Source of the DNA: Okamejei kenojei
Lineage: Eukaryota
Assembly: GCA_035221665.1 (NCBI GenBank)
Contig: CM069144.1
Coordinates: 56,110,001-56,174,000 of the forward strand
Reading direction: 5' to 3'
Length of the DNA stretch: 64,000 nucleotides
In this document: in pieces, positions 36,441 through 50,130 of the stretch
Numbering within the stretch: position 1 is the stretch's first letter
Layout: every line of letters starts with the position of its first letter
Translations under genes and position numbers: made by a program
Notes under the pieces: generated by a model
What the model was told of the DNA's origin: nothing
The model's database searches: none
The model's input: the letters and a program-made list of their open reading frames with translations, nothing else

Positions 36441-38562
36441 TCTTGCGTTGGCCTTGGGACCCAAACATGTGCAAAAAGGGTTTTAACATTTTCTCAGCTT
36501 TGCTCCATTAATGGATTTCCTTTTATGTTCAGCACCAACTTAACCAGAGTTAATGCACACTTTGATGCAATATGTAACTTGCAAACTGCTTTGTGTTGCT
36601 CTTTAGTTCAATGTTTAAATGCAGGAAATAAATAATCTGCTACTTTTTAATAACTTTCTGTAATAACCCTCTGTTACAAATCCAATAATAGAACTGACCA
36701 TTTTTGCACATCACTCATTATAACCAAGCACCAATAGGGTTTTTTTTTTTTTTTTAAATCAGTGCTTCATTGCATTGAAGAATGAGAGGAGCGCAATCAT
36801 TACTAAAGTGTTCCATCTGAGCACAAATATTTTGTCCTGTGACATTTACTGAAGAAGCTCAACTAAATCTAAATTGAACTTTTTGATAAAAATATTTTAA
36901 CTGCTCTGCTCATATCTCTCATTATCACTTTGCATTTTGTTTTTGCGAGATCTTTCATGTGTAATGTAACTATGTAATATATATTTAATTTAATCACCAA
37001 GCATGCAAACAAAGTATTTCCTAAGTATGAATCTATCTGTGGTCTCCTGGGATGCTACCTGACCCACAGAGTTATTCTACTGATTTGTCTTTTTTTGTAA
37101 ATTACCACCTGCAGTTCCTTGTTTCAACAAACTCAATCCTTTCTGTTTGTTTTTAAGGCTAAGCTTTTAGAAAATTTCCAAAGTGCAAAGAAGAAGCCAC
37201 CACATTTGTAACATTTACCTTTGAGTGGAAGAGAGGTCATTTGCAGTAACGAAGATGTGTCGCTCTGCAAAATTGTGTTTAGACCAGAGTGGACAGCACT
37301 ACCTTCTGTATCTACAATGTCAGATTCAGCATCTTGTCCTGGTCAATCCAATGAATCGGGGATCCAGATGGTTGAATGATAATTTTGAGCAGCTTATGGA
37401 AGTGAAAAATAATACCTTCCAGATAGTCATGCTGAACACTCCCCTGATGTAGCAATGCAATATGTGTCATTAGCCTCGCCCTTACTTTCAAAGAAGGTCA
37501 GGCCCATTGTACCCTTTGGATACCCCCAGATCCACATTGTCCAAATTAAATAGAAGAAGACCAGACTGATTTGTGTTTCACTTTAATGACTGAGCAAGGT
37601 TCACACTGATCCGTGGAAAATAACTCACTCTGGGATACATCAGAGATCCCCAAATGTGCCAGCATTTCAAAAAGCACGTTCGACCCGCTTCACTACCAAC
37701 CAAGAAAGGATACCTATGATGTTCCATCAGTCAAAGCAGTCATTTACATGGTGGCAAGCAGAGCATTACATTTTAGACCATGTTTGTGCTCACAGATAGA
37801 CACGTCTGTTTATAATCCAGTGCAAGTTATTTATCAGCTCAAACAGTCAAGTAACAAGTCAAACTCTTGTATTACCTTGTGAGTTACAATAAAAGATTTG
37901 AATAGTTCTTTATTGTTTGCAACCTGGACTACAGACTATAAAGTTCAGGCTGTGATGTTTTACATTTTGCAAAACCCAGTACCTCGTCACACACTGCTGC
38001 AGATTGCCAAAAGTTAATTATTACTCAAATTCAATGCATATAATGATCGTGAACCCTATCCTTTCAAACCTTAACTGTGTGACCTCATTAATTGTAGCAA
38101 GTTATTTTCAAGATGATGCTTGCATCCATCCACAAAGTAGTTTGCCCTCTCCATTAATTTGTATGACATGCCCCCACCAGAATGAAATGTCCTTTGCTTG
38201 CAGACCAAATTTGTTTTGTCAGTATTGTTGTGAGCATTGTTCACATGACATTGATTTTCAGTTTCAGAGTGAGTGCTTAAGATCTCTCTTATAAATAGCA
38301 TGGAATGCAGTGTTGCTGCAAATGGTGGGGAAATCAAGGACATCTCAAAGGTACTGTATATAGAACACCATCTAGAGCTCAGGTTAGCTGTTCCAGCTGT
38401 TTTCCTGCTGTAATAACTGTAGAAATAAACAAATATCCTTCACACAAATATTCAATTCCATGATTGCCTCCATTACCTCCTTTCATTCTCCCTGCCTTGG
38501 TCAGTGCAGGTCCAGATTCATTTGGATCCCATTGAGCTACCCAGTACCATATATGTTGTGGG

Positions 38563-38656
38563 TAGACAAAAGTGCTGGAGAAACTCAGCGGGTGCGGCAG
38601 CATCTATGGAGCGAAGGAAATGGGCAAAACGTTTCGGGCCGAAACCCTTCTTCAGA
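38563..38656 (-). mobile_element. Penelope-derived short element with hammerhead-like core
   Basis: Minus strand 38655-38628: CTGAAGA-A-GGGT-TTCG-GCCC-GAAA-C-GTT. Confidence 0.8.
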
Positions 38657-38780
38657 TTCCGTTGAATCGTTGAATTTATTCATATGCACAATGCCAGTGA
38701 GTTGTTTGTATAATGAAAATCTTACTTGCAACGGCATCACAGGCATGTAGACTTGGATGACACGCAAAAGCGTAATTTGC

Positions 38781-39375
38781 ATGGTGGAGTTGCTGCCTTA
38801 CAGCGCCAGACCCGGGTTCGATCCTGACTACGGGTGCCGTCTGTACGGAGTTTGTGCGTTCTCCCTGTGACAGTGTGGGATTTCTCTGAGTGCTCTAGTT
38901 TCCTTCCACAGTCCGAAAGGCATACAGCTTTGTGGGTTAATTGCCTTCGGTTAAAAAAAAAAAAGTAAATTGTCCCAAGTGTGTAGGATAGTGCTAGTGA
39001 TCGTTGGTCGGCGCAGACTTGGTGGGCCGAAGGGCCTGCATCCAGAACAAGGGGTCACGGTCTAAGGATAAGGGGGAATTCCTTTAGGACCGAGATGAGG
39101 AAAACATTTTTCACACAGAGAGTGGTGAGTCTCTGGAATTCTCTGCCACAGAAGGTAGTTGAGGCCAGTTCATTGGCTATATTTAAGAGGGAGTTAGATG
39201 TGGCCCTTGTGGCTAAAGGGGGTATGTGAGAGAAGGCAGGTACAGGATACTGAGTTGGATGATCAGCCATGATCATATTGAATGGTGGTGCAGGCTCAAA
39301 GGGCCGAATGGCCTACTCCTGCACCTATTTTCTATGTTTCTATCTGCGCTGTATCTCTAAAGCCTAAGGTCTAAA
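38781..39375 (+). mobile_element. HE1-like V-SINE interrupted near its 3' end by a CR1 fragment
   Basis: SINE runs to GAAGGGCCTGCATCC (~39043) and resumes TCTGCGCTGTATCTCTAAAG at ~39343. Confidence 0.88.
39041..39342 (+). mobile_element. CR1 LINE 3' fragment
   Basis: TCCAGAACAAGGGGTCAC...TTTTCACACAGAGAGTGGTG...CCTATTTTCTATGTTTCTA. Confidence 0.9.
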
Positions 39376-39389
39376 AGTAATAAATTGTA

Positions 39390-40535
39390 CATAAATTACA
39401 CATAAATACTACAAGCAATGGGAATAAGTGTCAAAAACAAGACATTGGTGCCAGATACAATTGAAAGAAACAAGTCTGCCAGGGTGTAACAAATGGTCCA
39501 TAGAGTTCAGTTACTGAGGCAGGGTAGTGATTATGCAGGTCAGATCAAGATCCTGTGGGTTCTAAGGAAGTAGCTGTTCCTCAATCTGGTACTGCGGGCT
39601 TCTGTACCTCTCGCCCACCGGTAGCATTGAAAAGAGCTCTTGGCCTGAATGTTTCAGATTCTTGATGAAAGATGCGCCCTTCAGGCAGCAGCCAGTGTGG
39701 AAGCTTTTGATGGTGCGGAGAGCTGTGCCCGCGATGGAACTGGGCTGAGTCCATCACTCTCCGCAGCCTCTTATGTTCCTGTGCATCATAATTGCACTAC
39801 CTGGCCATGATGCAGCCAGTCAGGCTACTTTCTAAAGTGCCTCTGAAGAAGATTGCTGGAGACATCTTCAATCTCTCCAATCTTCGAAGAAAATCTCTTC
39901 AATCTTCGAAGCAAATTGCATCTATGTGCTGGCAACAGGACAGGTCATAGGAAATGTAAATGCCCTGGAGTTTAAAGCTGCTAACTTTCTCCACTGCCAG
40001 CTCACCAATGTAAATAGGTACGTGGTCTTCAAATAGGTTTCCTATCTCTCTAGTGTATGTTTGCAATGATAGTGGTGTATCGGTGAATTTGTAGATGGCC
40101 ACAAGAAGGCAGCATCTATCATCAAGTCCCACCTTCTGGGTGAGGCCCTCTACTCACTGCTATCATTGCGCAGGAGGTACCGGAACCTGAGGTCCCACAT
40201 CACCATGATCAGGCACAGCTACATTCCTACTCTATGACTCTACTACTATGAGGTTCTTGAACTGACCTGCACAACCGTAGTTTTAACTCAAGAAATGTCT
40301 TGAACTACCCATGAACTTCTTTTCAAATTATGTATTTTTTGCATTCATGTCTTGTCTTGAGAACCATCTGTCGTATAGAATTTGCATGTAATTTATGCGC
40401 TATATATTTATACTATGTTTGTATGTGTTGTCTGACTCCATGTGTCAGTGATGCTGCTACAAACAGGATTTTCATTGTACCTGTCTCTCACCATACTTGT
40501 GCATGTGACTGCAAACACGACTTGACCTGACTTGG
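39390..40535. mobile_element. Two head-to-head decayed Rex1/Babar-like LINE pieces
   Basis: Minus piece (~39390-40095) includes IYKFTDT (decayed FADDT) and VEKVSSFKLQGIYIS. Plus piece (~40095-40535) ends in a (GACTT)n-like tail. Confidence 0.65.
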
Positions 40536-42186
40536 CAGTGGAGTCGCACTTAGCCACACAGTCGTCTGCCACGCCCTCTCATTACCCTTCCAAAACCTTT
40601 CCTTTCATTTTGCAATTAAATGTTTCACTTCACAACTTGCACTTTAATCACACTTCAAACTTAAACCCAGTGCAGTCCCTGCTGTGGTTTGTGCTGAGAG
40701 CTCAAAAACAGCAATAATTCATAAAGGGATATTTCTTCAACCATTGCTGCTGGCTGCTGTATTTTGAATGGTTAGTAAGACTTATGAAATACACCTTAGG
40801 TACACAGTTGTAAACACATTGTCACTCCATTGCGATAATTGAGCAGGATTGTGCAGGTCACTGTTCCCCACACGGGCTCTGACCTTGGGGACTCATCTCA
40901 TCTCTGGACTCCAAGGTGTAGTTTGGGTGGAGACCCTGTTACTGAACCAAAGAAAAGGCAAAGCAGGAGGAAGGGCTCCTGTCTTCTATCAAAACTGTGA
41001 CCGACTTTGATAATATTTTTACATTTCTAGTCTTCAGAGTCGTTTAAAAATAAATAAAATTAAACAAATTTATTTTTAATTCAATTGACAAAAATAATAT
41101 AATTAAAAGCATGAAAATGTCAATAATAAATAATCAAGTAATTAAAAACCATAACAATAATTGAAAACTAACACACTCTTCCCTTGCCTTCTAACCTGCA
41201 GGATTAGAATCCCTACTGAAATCAATGGGCTTTCTGATCACAGGCCAGCTCTGATCTGGCGTTGGAACCAAGAGGCAAATCCCCAGCCTTCCAAATCTGC
41301 CAACAAGACAGAGACTAGCAGTGCAAGTGTCTAAATCAGGGGTGGACTTCGGTTTGAATGGACGATCCCCAGAACTGCTGGTAATAGCCAGCACAATGTG
41401 GCCCATTCAGTCCTATCGATGTCAATATCTGATGGCATGTGCAAATGGCTGCCATTAGCACCCATTTGGGACTGCACACACATGACAATCTTCTACCCGC
41501 TGCACACCAGTCAACAAATATCTCCTCAGCTGCATTGATGTCTTTTTTACTAGCTGCATACTACAGTTTAGTCTTTTTAAATTTTTCTTTTTTCTTTCAG
41601 AATCACCAAACGAATAATTTAATTGCATGTTTTATTCAACATAACAACATTCACATTAGCAGTAAGCCTTCTGCACTCCAGTCAAAACTAGCCTTGCACC
41701 TAGCAAAGGACACTGTAGAGGATGGTTATATTTGCATGCATTTAAAATCAATCTCAGTTGCTTACAGAGATGTGGGCACCAATCGTCATTGACAGGGGAA
41801 CTACCCAACCATATCCACTCTGGCCGCCTCAAGATACATGACCTAAAATTGTATATTTCATTCCACCAAATTTCGCTTGTTTTTTCATGGAGAATTATCT
41901 CTCTAGTTTCATCTTTACTGCAAGGGGAATACGCACTAAAAAGAGGGATGTTTTACTGCAACTGCACTGTACGTTGATGAGACACAGTGGGACCACTCTG
42001 TATGCTTTGGGTCCTCTTGTTTAAAGAATGAAATGCTTCCCTGAGATACAGTGCAGAGAAAATTCGTAAGATTGACATTAAGTACGATGAAACAACCGAA
42101 TGAGTCAAGATTGGGAAGACTGGGCTATACTCCTTGGAGTTTAGAAAGTGACCTCTGGACCACTTAAGATCTTTATGGGAGCTTAA

Positions 42187-42440
42187 AGAGCCTGTCTCAC
42201 ATGGCTATTTTTCGGCGAGTGCCAGCATCATTGACTGACGTATCAGGTCACCGAAAAAGTCGCGGCGTGATGCGGCGTGACGAGGCGTGATGACGTATTG
42301 ACGTGCGGTGCTTCCTCAAGTGTCACAACATTTTTTTGTCACCGTTGGATTGCGAAATGTTCTAAATCTTTCGGCGACCCTGATACATCAGCCAAAGACG
42401 CCGGCAGTCACCGAAAACATCGGCAAGTGGGACAGGCCCT
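42187..42440. mobile_element. PIF/Harbinger-type MITE (type B, short)
   Basis: AGAGCCTGTCTCAC...GTGGGACAGGCCCT; perfect TAA TSD (42184-42186, 42441-42443); internal GGCGTGA repeats. Confidence 0.85.
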
Positions 42441-42451
42441 TAATAGTCTGA

Positions 42452-42743
42452 AGGAGCAGCACAGCGCTGCAGCAGTTGAGTTGCTGACTTACAGTGCCAG
42501 AGTCCCAGGTTCGATCCTAACAATGGGAGCTGTCCACACAGAGTTTGTGCATTCTTTCTGTGACCGCGTGGGTTTTCTCCGGGTGCTCCAGTTTCTTCTC
42601 ACATCCCCAAGGTGTACACGGTTTGTAGGTTAATTGGCTGCTGTAAAAATTGTAATTTGTCCCTAGTGTTTAGGGCGATCGCTGGTCGGTGTGGAATCGG
42701 CGGGCCAAAAGGCTTGTTTCCGCGCTGTATCCCTGAAGTCTAA
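42452..42743 (+). mobile_element. HE1-like V-SINE
   Basis: GGTTCGATCC B box, GTGGGTTTTCTCCGGGTGCTCC, CR1-like tail. Confidence 0.85.
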
Positions 42744-45700
42744 CGATGAACAGAAGGATGTTTAAGATATATATTAGGATAAATTTATTCTTTCAGAGAG
42801 TCGTGAGATATGGGATTCTCTGCCAGGGTTCTATGGTGATTGAGTCATTATGTTCACAGATGAGACGATCTCAAGTTAATAGACACGAGAGAGGAGATTT
42901 GAAGTATTTGATATAGTTAAGTAAGCCAAGAGGGTTTCAGCAGGAGATGTCTTTAAAAGGGGTGGTGTCACATTATTGCAAAACAGCAAATGTATACCCT
43001 TGATGGTGGTGCAAATATATAGTACTCAGATTCTGTCAGAGTTAACTATGCACTAATGTAGAGTCTGGTTCAGTCTTAGATGGCAGGATGGAGTAAGTGA
43101 CTCTGGAACGAAGTTTGCGACAGTGACTGAAAACAATGGCTGGTCTTCTTGACGTTTGCTATAAATCATATAATTCTCTTTATTTATTTATTTGTTTGTT
43201 TGTTTGTTTGTTTATTTATTTATAAATACAAGAAAGAATCTGGAGTAGCGGGATAAACATGCGATCTTTTTACAGATGGTAACAGTAAAATAAAAGTGCT
43301 AAATGTTTGGTTAAAACGTGACTAGCGGAAGAGTATGATGTTATAAAGTTGATAATGCTATATGTGTATTGCAACATAATGAATTTCCTGTGCTGTGCAC
43401 AGAATATATTTTTAAATTTCATAAATATACAACATAACCATTGTAAACTAACACCAGGATTATATATATTAAATATATTTTAGGCAATTGACTTTAAGTG
43501 TTAAATGGCTTTGATATGTGGATATTTATTATGATTTGGCTAATGCAGCAGATGGTGAGGAAGTGAGAGTGTGTGAATTAGCCTGCACTGGCTAGTATAT
43601 GGAGAGTATGTGGATATATATATGTAGTATATGGCTATGCACAGTCGTATATGGTCTAGGTAGTATATGGATATGCACTGCTGCTCCACCCACAGAACAA
43701 GACATGGCTTGTAACAGGAGAGAAAGTGTGTACAGATATGAAAGAGCAAAAGGTTAATGTGATACTCCATCCACAAAAACTGATATCAAAATCCTGGAAA
43801 ATCATTTGGAGTCAGACATGGTTCATTGTAGTGAGATAATGCAGAGTGTAGGAAAAAGGAATCACATCATTTTATTTATGGAAATAAAACTGTTCATCAC
43901 TCTTCAATTTCATTTTAAAAAATTGTAATTTCATAATTGTTTTATTAAGATAGTTCAACATATTCATTAAGGTTTCAATCAATTCAGAATTCATGCGTTG
44001 GACATAAATACTTGCATTAACACGTATATAAAAACATACAATATTCAATACTGTTACCACTTCATCAGTACATGAAACTATATTCTTATACATGCAACAA
44101 AAGAATGAATAGCGAATTGTTAAGGTCAGCACAGTGTTTAGAATGCTGTTCAGATGTATTTAGCTAAAAGGAGTGGAAGAAACTCTGGCCCGGTACAGGG
44201 TGGTTCTCTTCAGTGTTTGATTGCTTTGGAGAACTTGCTTGGCCATCGTTCCACTTTATCCCAGTAATTCAGGCCTGGCAAAGGTCATGTGCCAAATCTC
44301 TTGGACAGGAAGCCGAGCTTGGCAGAAAACGAGGGAAGAGCAAAGCCAAAGCTGGATTAAAATAACGATTCAAAATGAGATGTAAACAAAATATTAGTTG
44401 GAATCAACAATATAAATGCTTAATTTAAAATAATTTCACAAGTAAAAGGAAGAAGATTCCCTCCTTTATAAAAAAAATAATAAAATCATAGAAGTATCAA
44501 TAAAGAACAAAAACAGAATGTAACTAAAAATGAAACATATTGCCATTAGTTTTCCATATTGATGTACAACCGGAGACGAATGTGCAATATCTTAAGATTC
44601 AGATACCTAATTATATACAATCACACTTTGCATTCTTATAATTAAAGTTTTTAGGCAAACGTCTTGCATCCAGTGTTTGCTTATCATGTCTACATATGTA
44701 CCCGTGATTGAAAGCAGGGTGGCTGTAAAGTGTTAACACTCTTCCTAGAGATTCTTCCAAACACAGCCTCATAAGCAGGAACATAGAGTAAAATCCTGTG
44801 GGTCATTTGCATAGTTCAATTCAATCTCCACTGCATAACAAAAACTATTAGTCTCTATTTTTATGTATACCATCCAAAATTACTGCAAGCTAAAACACAC
44901 ACAGACGTTTATCTTCCCCACTTTACAATCACGCAGCATAAAAGCCCATTCAAATAATCATCACTGCAGCCAACTCTTGAAAGAGCCATTCCCATCCCCT
45001 TACTCCATCCCAGAAACATCTTCTTTCCATCCAGTATTTATTTGATTCCCTTATGAAAGAATGTTCACTTTTATTTTCATGTAATGCATTCCAGGTCATA
45101 AAAGCTTGCTGCTTATTTTCTTCATCTTCCGTCTGGTTTATTTGTTTATGAATCATCTTAAATATTGGCAGGATAATGAGTAACCATGGGATGCACGTTT
45201 AAGGTGATGCTGGAAACATTCTCCCTAACCACTATAAAATTCATGAATGTTGAATGCCTCCACTAAATATCCTCTTACCTTGCTGTACTCTTGGAGAATA
45301 ATCCCAGCTTCCATAATCTTTTCACATCACTGGAATCCCTCTGTCTTGCCACTCCTCCAGTAAATCGAAAGCATTAACATCCTATCCAAAGTACAGTGTC
45401 TAAAACTGAGCAAAATTCTCCAGCTGATGCCTAACATTTATTTTAAAAATAATACGTTCATACATTTAGTGATATATATACAAACAGTAGACCCTGTGTA
45501 TTTTTTTAACATATAAATCATATTTGATTTTGAATATATAATGTTCAAACAAAAATTGTGTATTGAAGCACAGGATAATAGATAGTTATGAAGTTGAGGT
45601 TGATGCGGTATAAGGGGGGAAGTCTTGAGGAGGGGGAAGGATTGGAATTGCCATGATCCAAGGCAATTAAATAGGACAGTAAATTTAGTTTTGGATCGGG

Positions 45701-46709
45701 AGACAAACAGTGGCACGGACACAAAGGCATTTACTGGCTTCCAGTCCAACTGTAAAAGTCAAAGGCTCATTGTTTTGGATCTTTTGTTTTGAAGTTGTGT
45801 ATTCAATTGTTATTGAAGAAAGATTAATGCGTGTACTGCCATTGAAAACTACCACTGTTGCAACCTAACTAATCAGGGAGAAGTTCCACAGGGGGTTCTG
45901 TTCTTATAAATATCTACCTGTAGTTATTTAGTATCCTTGAAGAGGAGAGAGAACATTAGAAAGTTTGGTCAGTAGCATTCCTCATTGAATTTTATTTCTC
46001 ATAGCTATTGGAATTTGTCATGCAATTTTAGTTTAAAATATCTTTAAAATAATTGACAATTGTTTAAGGGATATTATACAGGATGAAAATAGAAACGTGT
46101 TCTGCTGAACAATATAAATGTTTAAAAACAGAACAGTTATGAAGTTTCAAATAATACAAACACTTTATTCAAATATAACGACTATTTGTGAAAGAATAAT
46201 TAAGCTCTGTTGCGGGCAATATACATGCATGTGTCTTAGTTGCTTAGAAGCTGTAACACGACTCGAGTGAATATAGCTTTCCAATGACATGCAGTGAGGC
46301 AATACAATATTTCAAATTCCACTTCTGATTCAGGTCTGTTGGAGCCATCTGATTACCACTGTTCACTAGGAGATCGCCATCCCCCTAATCAACACCCTTG
46401 CCTCCACTACAACTGATAAACCGAATAGAAGAAAGCAGCATGTTTTGATAAGTGCTCTTATTGTAGGTCTCTCTGTGGTAGAAGTAGACTCGTGAACTCG
46501 GGAAGCAGAAATCAGCCAGGGGTCCTACTGTCAAATGCATGTACCTGACTATCAAGGGACCACAGGAGCACAGGCGCTTTGATGATGAAGCATAGAAATA
46601 TCCTGCTGACACTCACATACTCAGCACTCATAGCAAAGACAGCCAGTCGAGTGAAGTTCCAAGGAATACTGCATGCTTTTAAAAATATTTTTCAATTTGT
46701 TCACAAAAT

Positions 46710-46995
46710 ATAGACGTCACTGGAAATGTCAGCATTTATTGCCAATCCCCAATTGCCTCTGAAATGATGTGTTGACCATATTGAAGGGGGGGGGGGGGGG
46801 GGTCACACACAGAACTAGGTTGAATAAAGATGGTTTGATATCTTGCCTTGAAACTCTAACCTGTCTCAGCAAATTCAGTAGGATACATGTAAAAAATAAT
46901 GTTTTGTCATATTTATATATGATTATGAAGACATCCCAGGACTGGGGTGCTTTGATAAAATTGCATGTTTTATTAACCTTTTCAAGGCTCAATAA
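46710..46995 (-). mobile_element. Old SINE/LINE tail remnant (SacSINE/Deu-like, uncertain)
   Basis: GTCACTGG..TCAGCATTTATTGCCAATCCCCAATTGCCTCTGA resembles the 3' end of an old elasmobranch repeat. Confidence 0.4.
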
Positions 46996-47380
46996 TATTC
47001 AATGGTCATGACAGCAGTGTATGGTTACTTTGTACATGGAGCTTCTTTGTGTATTTGCCATTTTGCTATGTTTATAGGTAGTTATATAGATATAAATATC
47101 TATATTTTCATTCTAACACTTTTATGTTTGTTTCTGCAAAGTGTTGCACTCAGGAATGTCCTAAAGTAATATTATACAAGGATTAAAAGGATCTTGTATT
47201 CTCTGTTTTTATATACGAGGTTCAAATTGCATTTGCATCAAATTGCAAACTATATCTGCAACATAGATGAGACAATAAGTCAAACTCCCTTGTTTGATGA
47301 TAGTGAAACTTGCCATTATTTGTCAGCAAATGTTTCCAACAACCTTACAACAGGAGCAAATGCACAGTTAATTAGAACTA

Positions 47381-47619
47381 TTCACACAGAGAGTGGTGAA
47401 TCTGTGGAATTCTCTGCCACAGAAGGTAATTGAGGCCAGTTCGTTGGCCATATTTAAGAGGGAGTTGGATGTGGCCCTTGTGGCTGAAGGGATCAGGGGG
47501 TATGGAGAGAAGGCGGGTACAGGATATTGAGTTGGATGATCAGCCATGATCATATTGAATGGCGGTGCAGGCTCGAAGGGCCGAATGGCCTACTCCTGCA
47601 CCTAATTTCTATGTTTCTA
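47381..47619 (+). mobile_element. CR1 LINE 3' fragment (young)
   Basis: Near-identical to 39110-39342; ends TTTCTATGTTTCTA. Confidence 0.9.
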
Positions 47620-48842
47620 TTCAAAAGTTGCTCTTCTGGTTGTTTCATTCCACCATCCACCCATTTATGAAACTTGTGTCCCTCACTCTGCACTCCCTCC
47701 TGTATTAGCCATTGAATGGTGTGACATTTAATTGTTTCCTGAGCAGAAATGAACAAAACAACACAGAAAATTAAGTTGTGTCCATTTCCATTCATGTCAC
47801 CTTTTAACAATGTGCTGGGTGTTAATTGTTGCCAAAGAACAGTGCCTAAAATTTGTTATTACAACTGTTGCATATTATTCCTTTGTTTTTACTTTTAACG
47901 GGAGATGTTAAGAACCTTAAATTTACTTTACACTCAAAATCGTTTTTCTCCCTGTATTTTCTCTCTTTTGCCCGTCTAATCTTGTTAAACTCCCTTTAAT
48001 TGTCTTTCTGTACTTGATTCAGACAGTCCAATTTATACTTCCTCCTCAGTCCTTGTGCTGTTAATTTCACAATCCAGTCTCTTGTGCTCTTCTCTTGGGT
48101 CTTGGAGGCAATTTTCATCATTGTGCCCCAGCCAGTTTGCACTTTCAAAAACTTGCCACACGAAACAAGTTAAACTAAACTTAAAATAAACCAAAATTCA
48201 ACTAAGTCAAGATGTGTGAAGTTAACAGCAAATACCCTTTTATTTCCTAGTACCACATTACACTGGCCAATATTTAACACCCACACCAAATGCTGCACAT
48301 TTGCAATAATACATATGGGCAGATAATTGTAATCTTACCTAGACTTACAACGAGTAGTTAACTGACTTGAATTATACTGCCAATTCCGAGCTGTAGGATG
48401 GCCACCCATATGGAGTCTTATGTGTGTATTGAGCTCAGCTATGTTTGTGGCTAACCTTGAGAGGTTGAGAGGTAAGTTTAAAAAGTGCCCAACGGATCGC
48501 TTAGCCAAAGAAATATCGCAGTCAAGGAAAAATAATTGGAGATGGCCACCTAGTAAGAGGAAAATAAAGTTTTTTATCTCCCCATTTCTACTTGTCAGAT
48601 CAAGGCCTATTTCCTGAGGTACATGGCCAAACCCCATTTTACATTGTCAAAAGAATGGCTAATAGATTTGTGTTAAGCGTTAATGTATAAACTGAATTCC
48701 ACCTTGGGAAATATTGAGTTGCAATTGTTGAATGTTTCACCATTGCTTGCCAGCACTAATGTCCTTCTCACAGCCAAATGAAGTTGATATACACCAGAGT
48801 TACTTCAGTAAAGATAGCTTTACAGAATATAATACTCAAAAA

Positions 48843-49870
48843 CAGACACAAAGTGCTAGAGTAACTCGGTGGATCAGGCAGCATCTCCAGAGAACATGGA
48901 TAGGTGACATTTCGGGTCGGGTCCCAGCTTTTGACTGAATGGAAGGTGGAGGGGGAGAAAGCCGGAAGAAAGATGGGACAGGACAAAGCATAGCAGGTAA
49001 TAGGTGGATACCGGTGATGGGGGAGGGGGGTGGTTTGACAGGCAGATGATTGGACAAGGGTCAGAGATGAAAAGACAGAAGGCAAGTGAGACAAAATGAT
49101 TGACAAGTTGTAGATTGTGAAGCTCGAGCAATGAATGTAGAGGGAAGGGAAGGGGGAAATGAATTAAATGCAAGTCCAAGTGGGACACAGGGGAGAGACA
49201 TGGGGAAAAGGGGGGGGGGGGGGAAAGAAGGAGGTAGCTTTGTAGTTACCTACAATCAATAATGTTGGATTTTAAACTACCCATGTGGAATATGAAGTGC
49301 TGTTCCTCCAGATTGCATGTGGCCTCAATCTGGCAATGGAGGAGGCCCAGGACAAAAGGTCGGTATGGAAATGGCAAGGAGTGTTAAAATGGTTAGCAAC
49401 AAGGAGAAACAACAGACTTTGGCAGACCACGCATTGGTGCTCAGCACAATTGTCACCGAGTCTACGTTTAGTCTCGTTGATGTCCAGGTGTCTACATCTG
49501 GAACACCGGATGCAGTGGATGAGGTGCACGTGAAGCCCCTGTCTTACCGAGAGGGACCGCTGGTCTCCCTGGATGGATGTGGGGGAGGAGGTGTAGGTAC
49601 AGGTGTTACATCTCTTCTGCCTGCAGGGCTAAGTACTTGGGGAGGGGCTGGTTTTGGTGGGAAGGGATGAGTGAACCAAGTAGTCGCAGAGGGAGGGGGT
49701 CTCTTGAAAAAAAGCTGGAAAGGAGTGAAGTTGGGAAGATGTGACTGGTGGTGGGATCATGGTGGAAGTGATGGGCATGTCAGGAGATGATGTATCAGAT
49801 GTGGAGGCTGGTGGGGTGAAAGGTGAGGACCAGGAGAACTCTATCCTGGTTCCAACACTCACTTTCCTTG
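48843..49870 (-). mobile_element. Decayed Penelope-like retroelement
   Basis: ORF 49272-49529 LIHCIRCSRCRHLDINETKRRLGDNCAEH...VANHFN is a decayed GIY-YIG; pLTR unit at 48843-48940. Confidence 0.85.
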
Positions 49871-49899
49871 CATATTTTTCTCTCATATAAATGATTATT

Positions 49900-50130
49900 G
49901 CAAGGACCACACAGAAGGCGGTGGATATGTGAAATGAGCTGCCAGAGGAGACAGTTTGCGCACGTACCATAAACAGCATTTAAAGGACACCTGGATAGAT
50001 ACATCGATCAGAAAGATTTAGTGAGATATCGGGCCAAATGCGGGCAAATGGGACAAGCTTAGATGGGGCACTTTGGCCACCATGGACGAGTTGGGTAGAA
50101 GAGTCTGTTTATTTACTGTATGACTATGAT
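49900..50130 (+). mobile_element. CR1 3' fragment
   Basis: GAGCTGCCAGAGGAG...CAGCATTTAAAGGACACCTGGATAG...ACTGTATGACTATGA. Confidence 0.75.

Larger units (their letters stand above)
41985..42930 (+). mobile_element. Old CR1 remnant hosting a MITE and a SINE
   Basis: GACTGGGCTATACTCCTTGGAGTTTAGAA before the MITE; TTCTTTCAGAGAGTCGTGAG..TGGGATTCTCTGCC after the SINE. Confidence 0.6.

Noticed and set aside
43590-43680. Four TAGTATATGG-like units
   Set aside because: Short low-complexity duplication with no sign of function.
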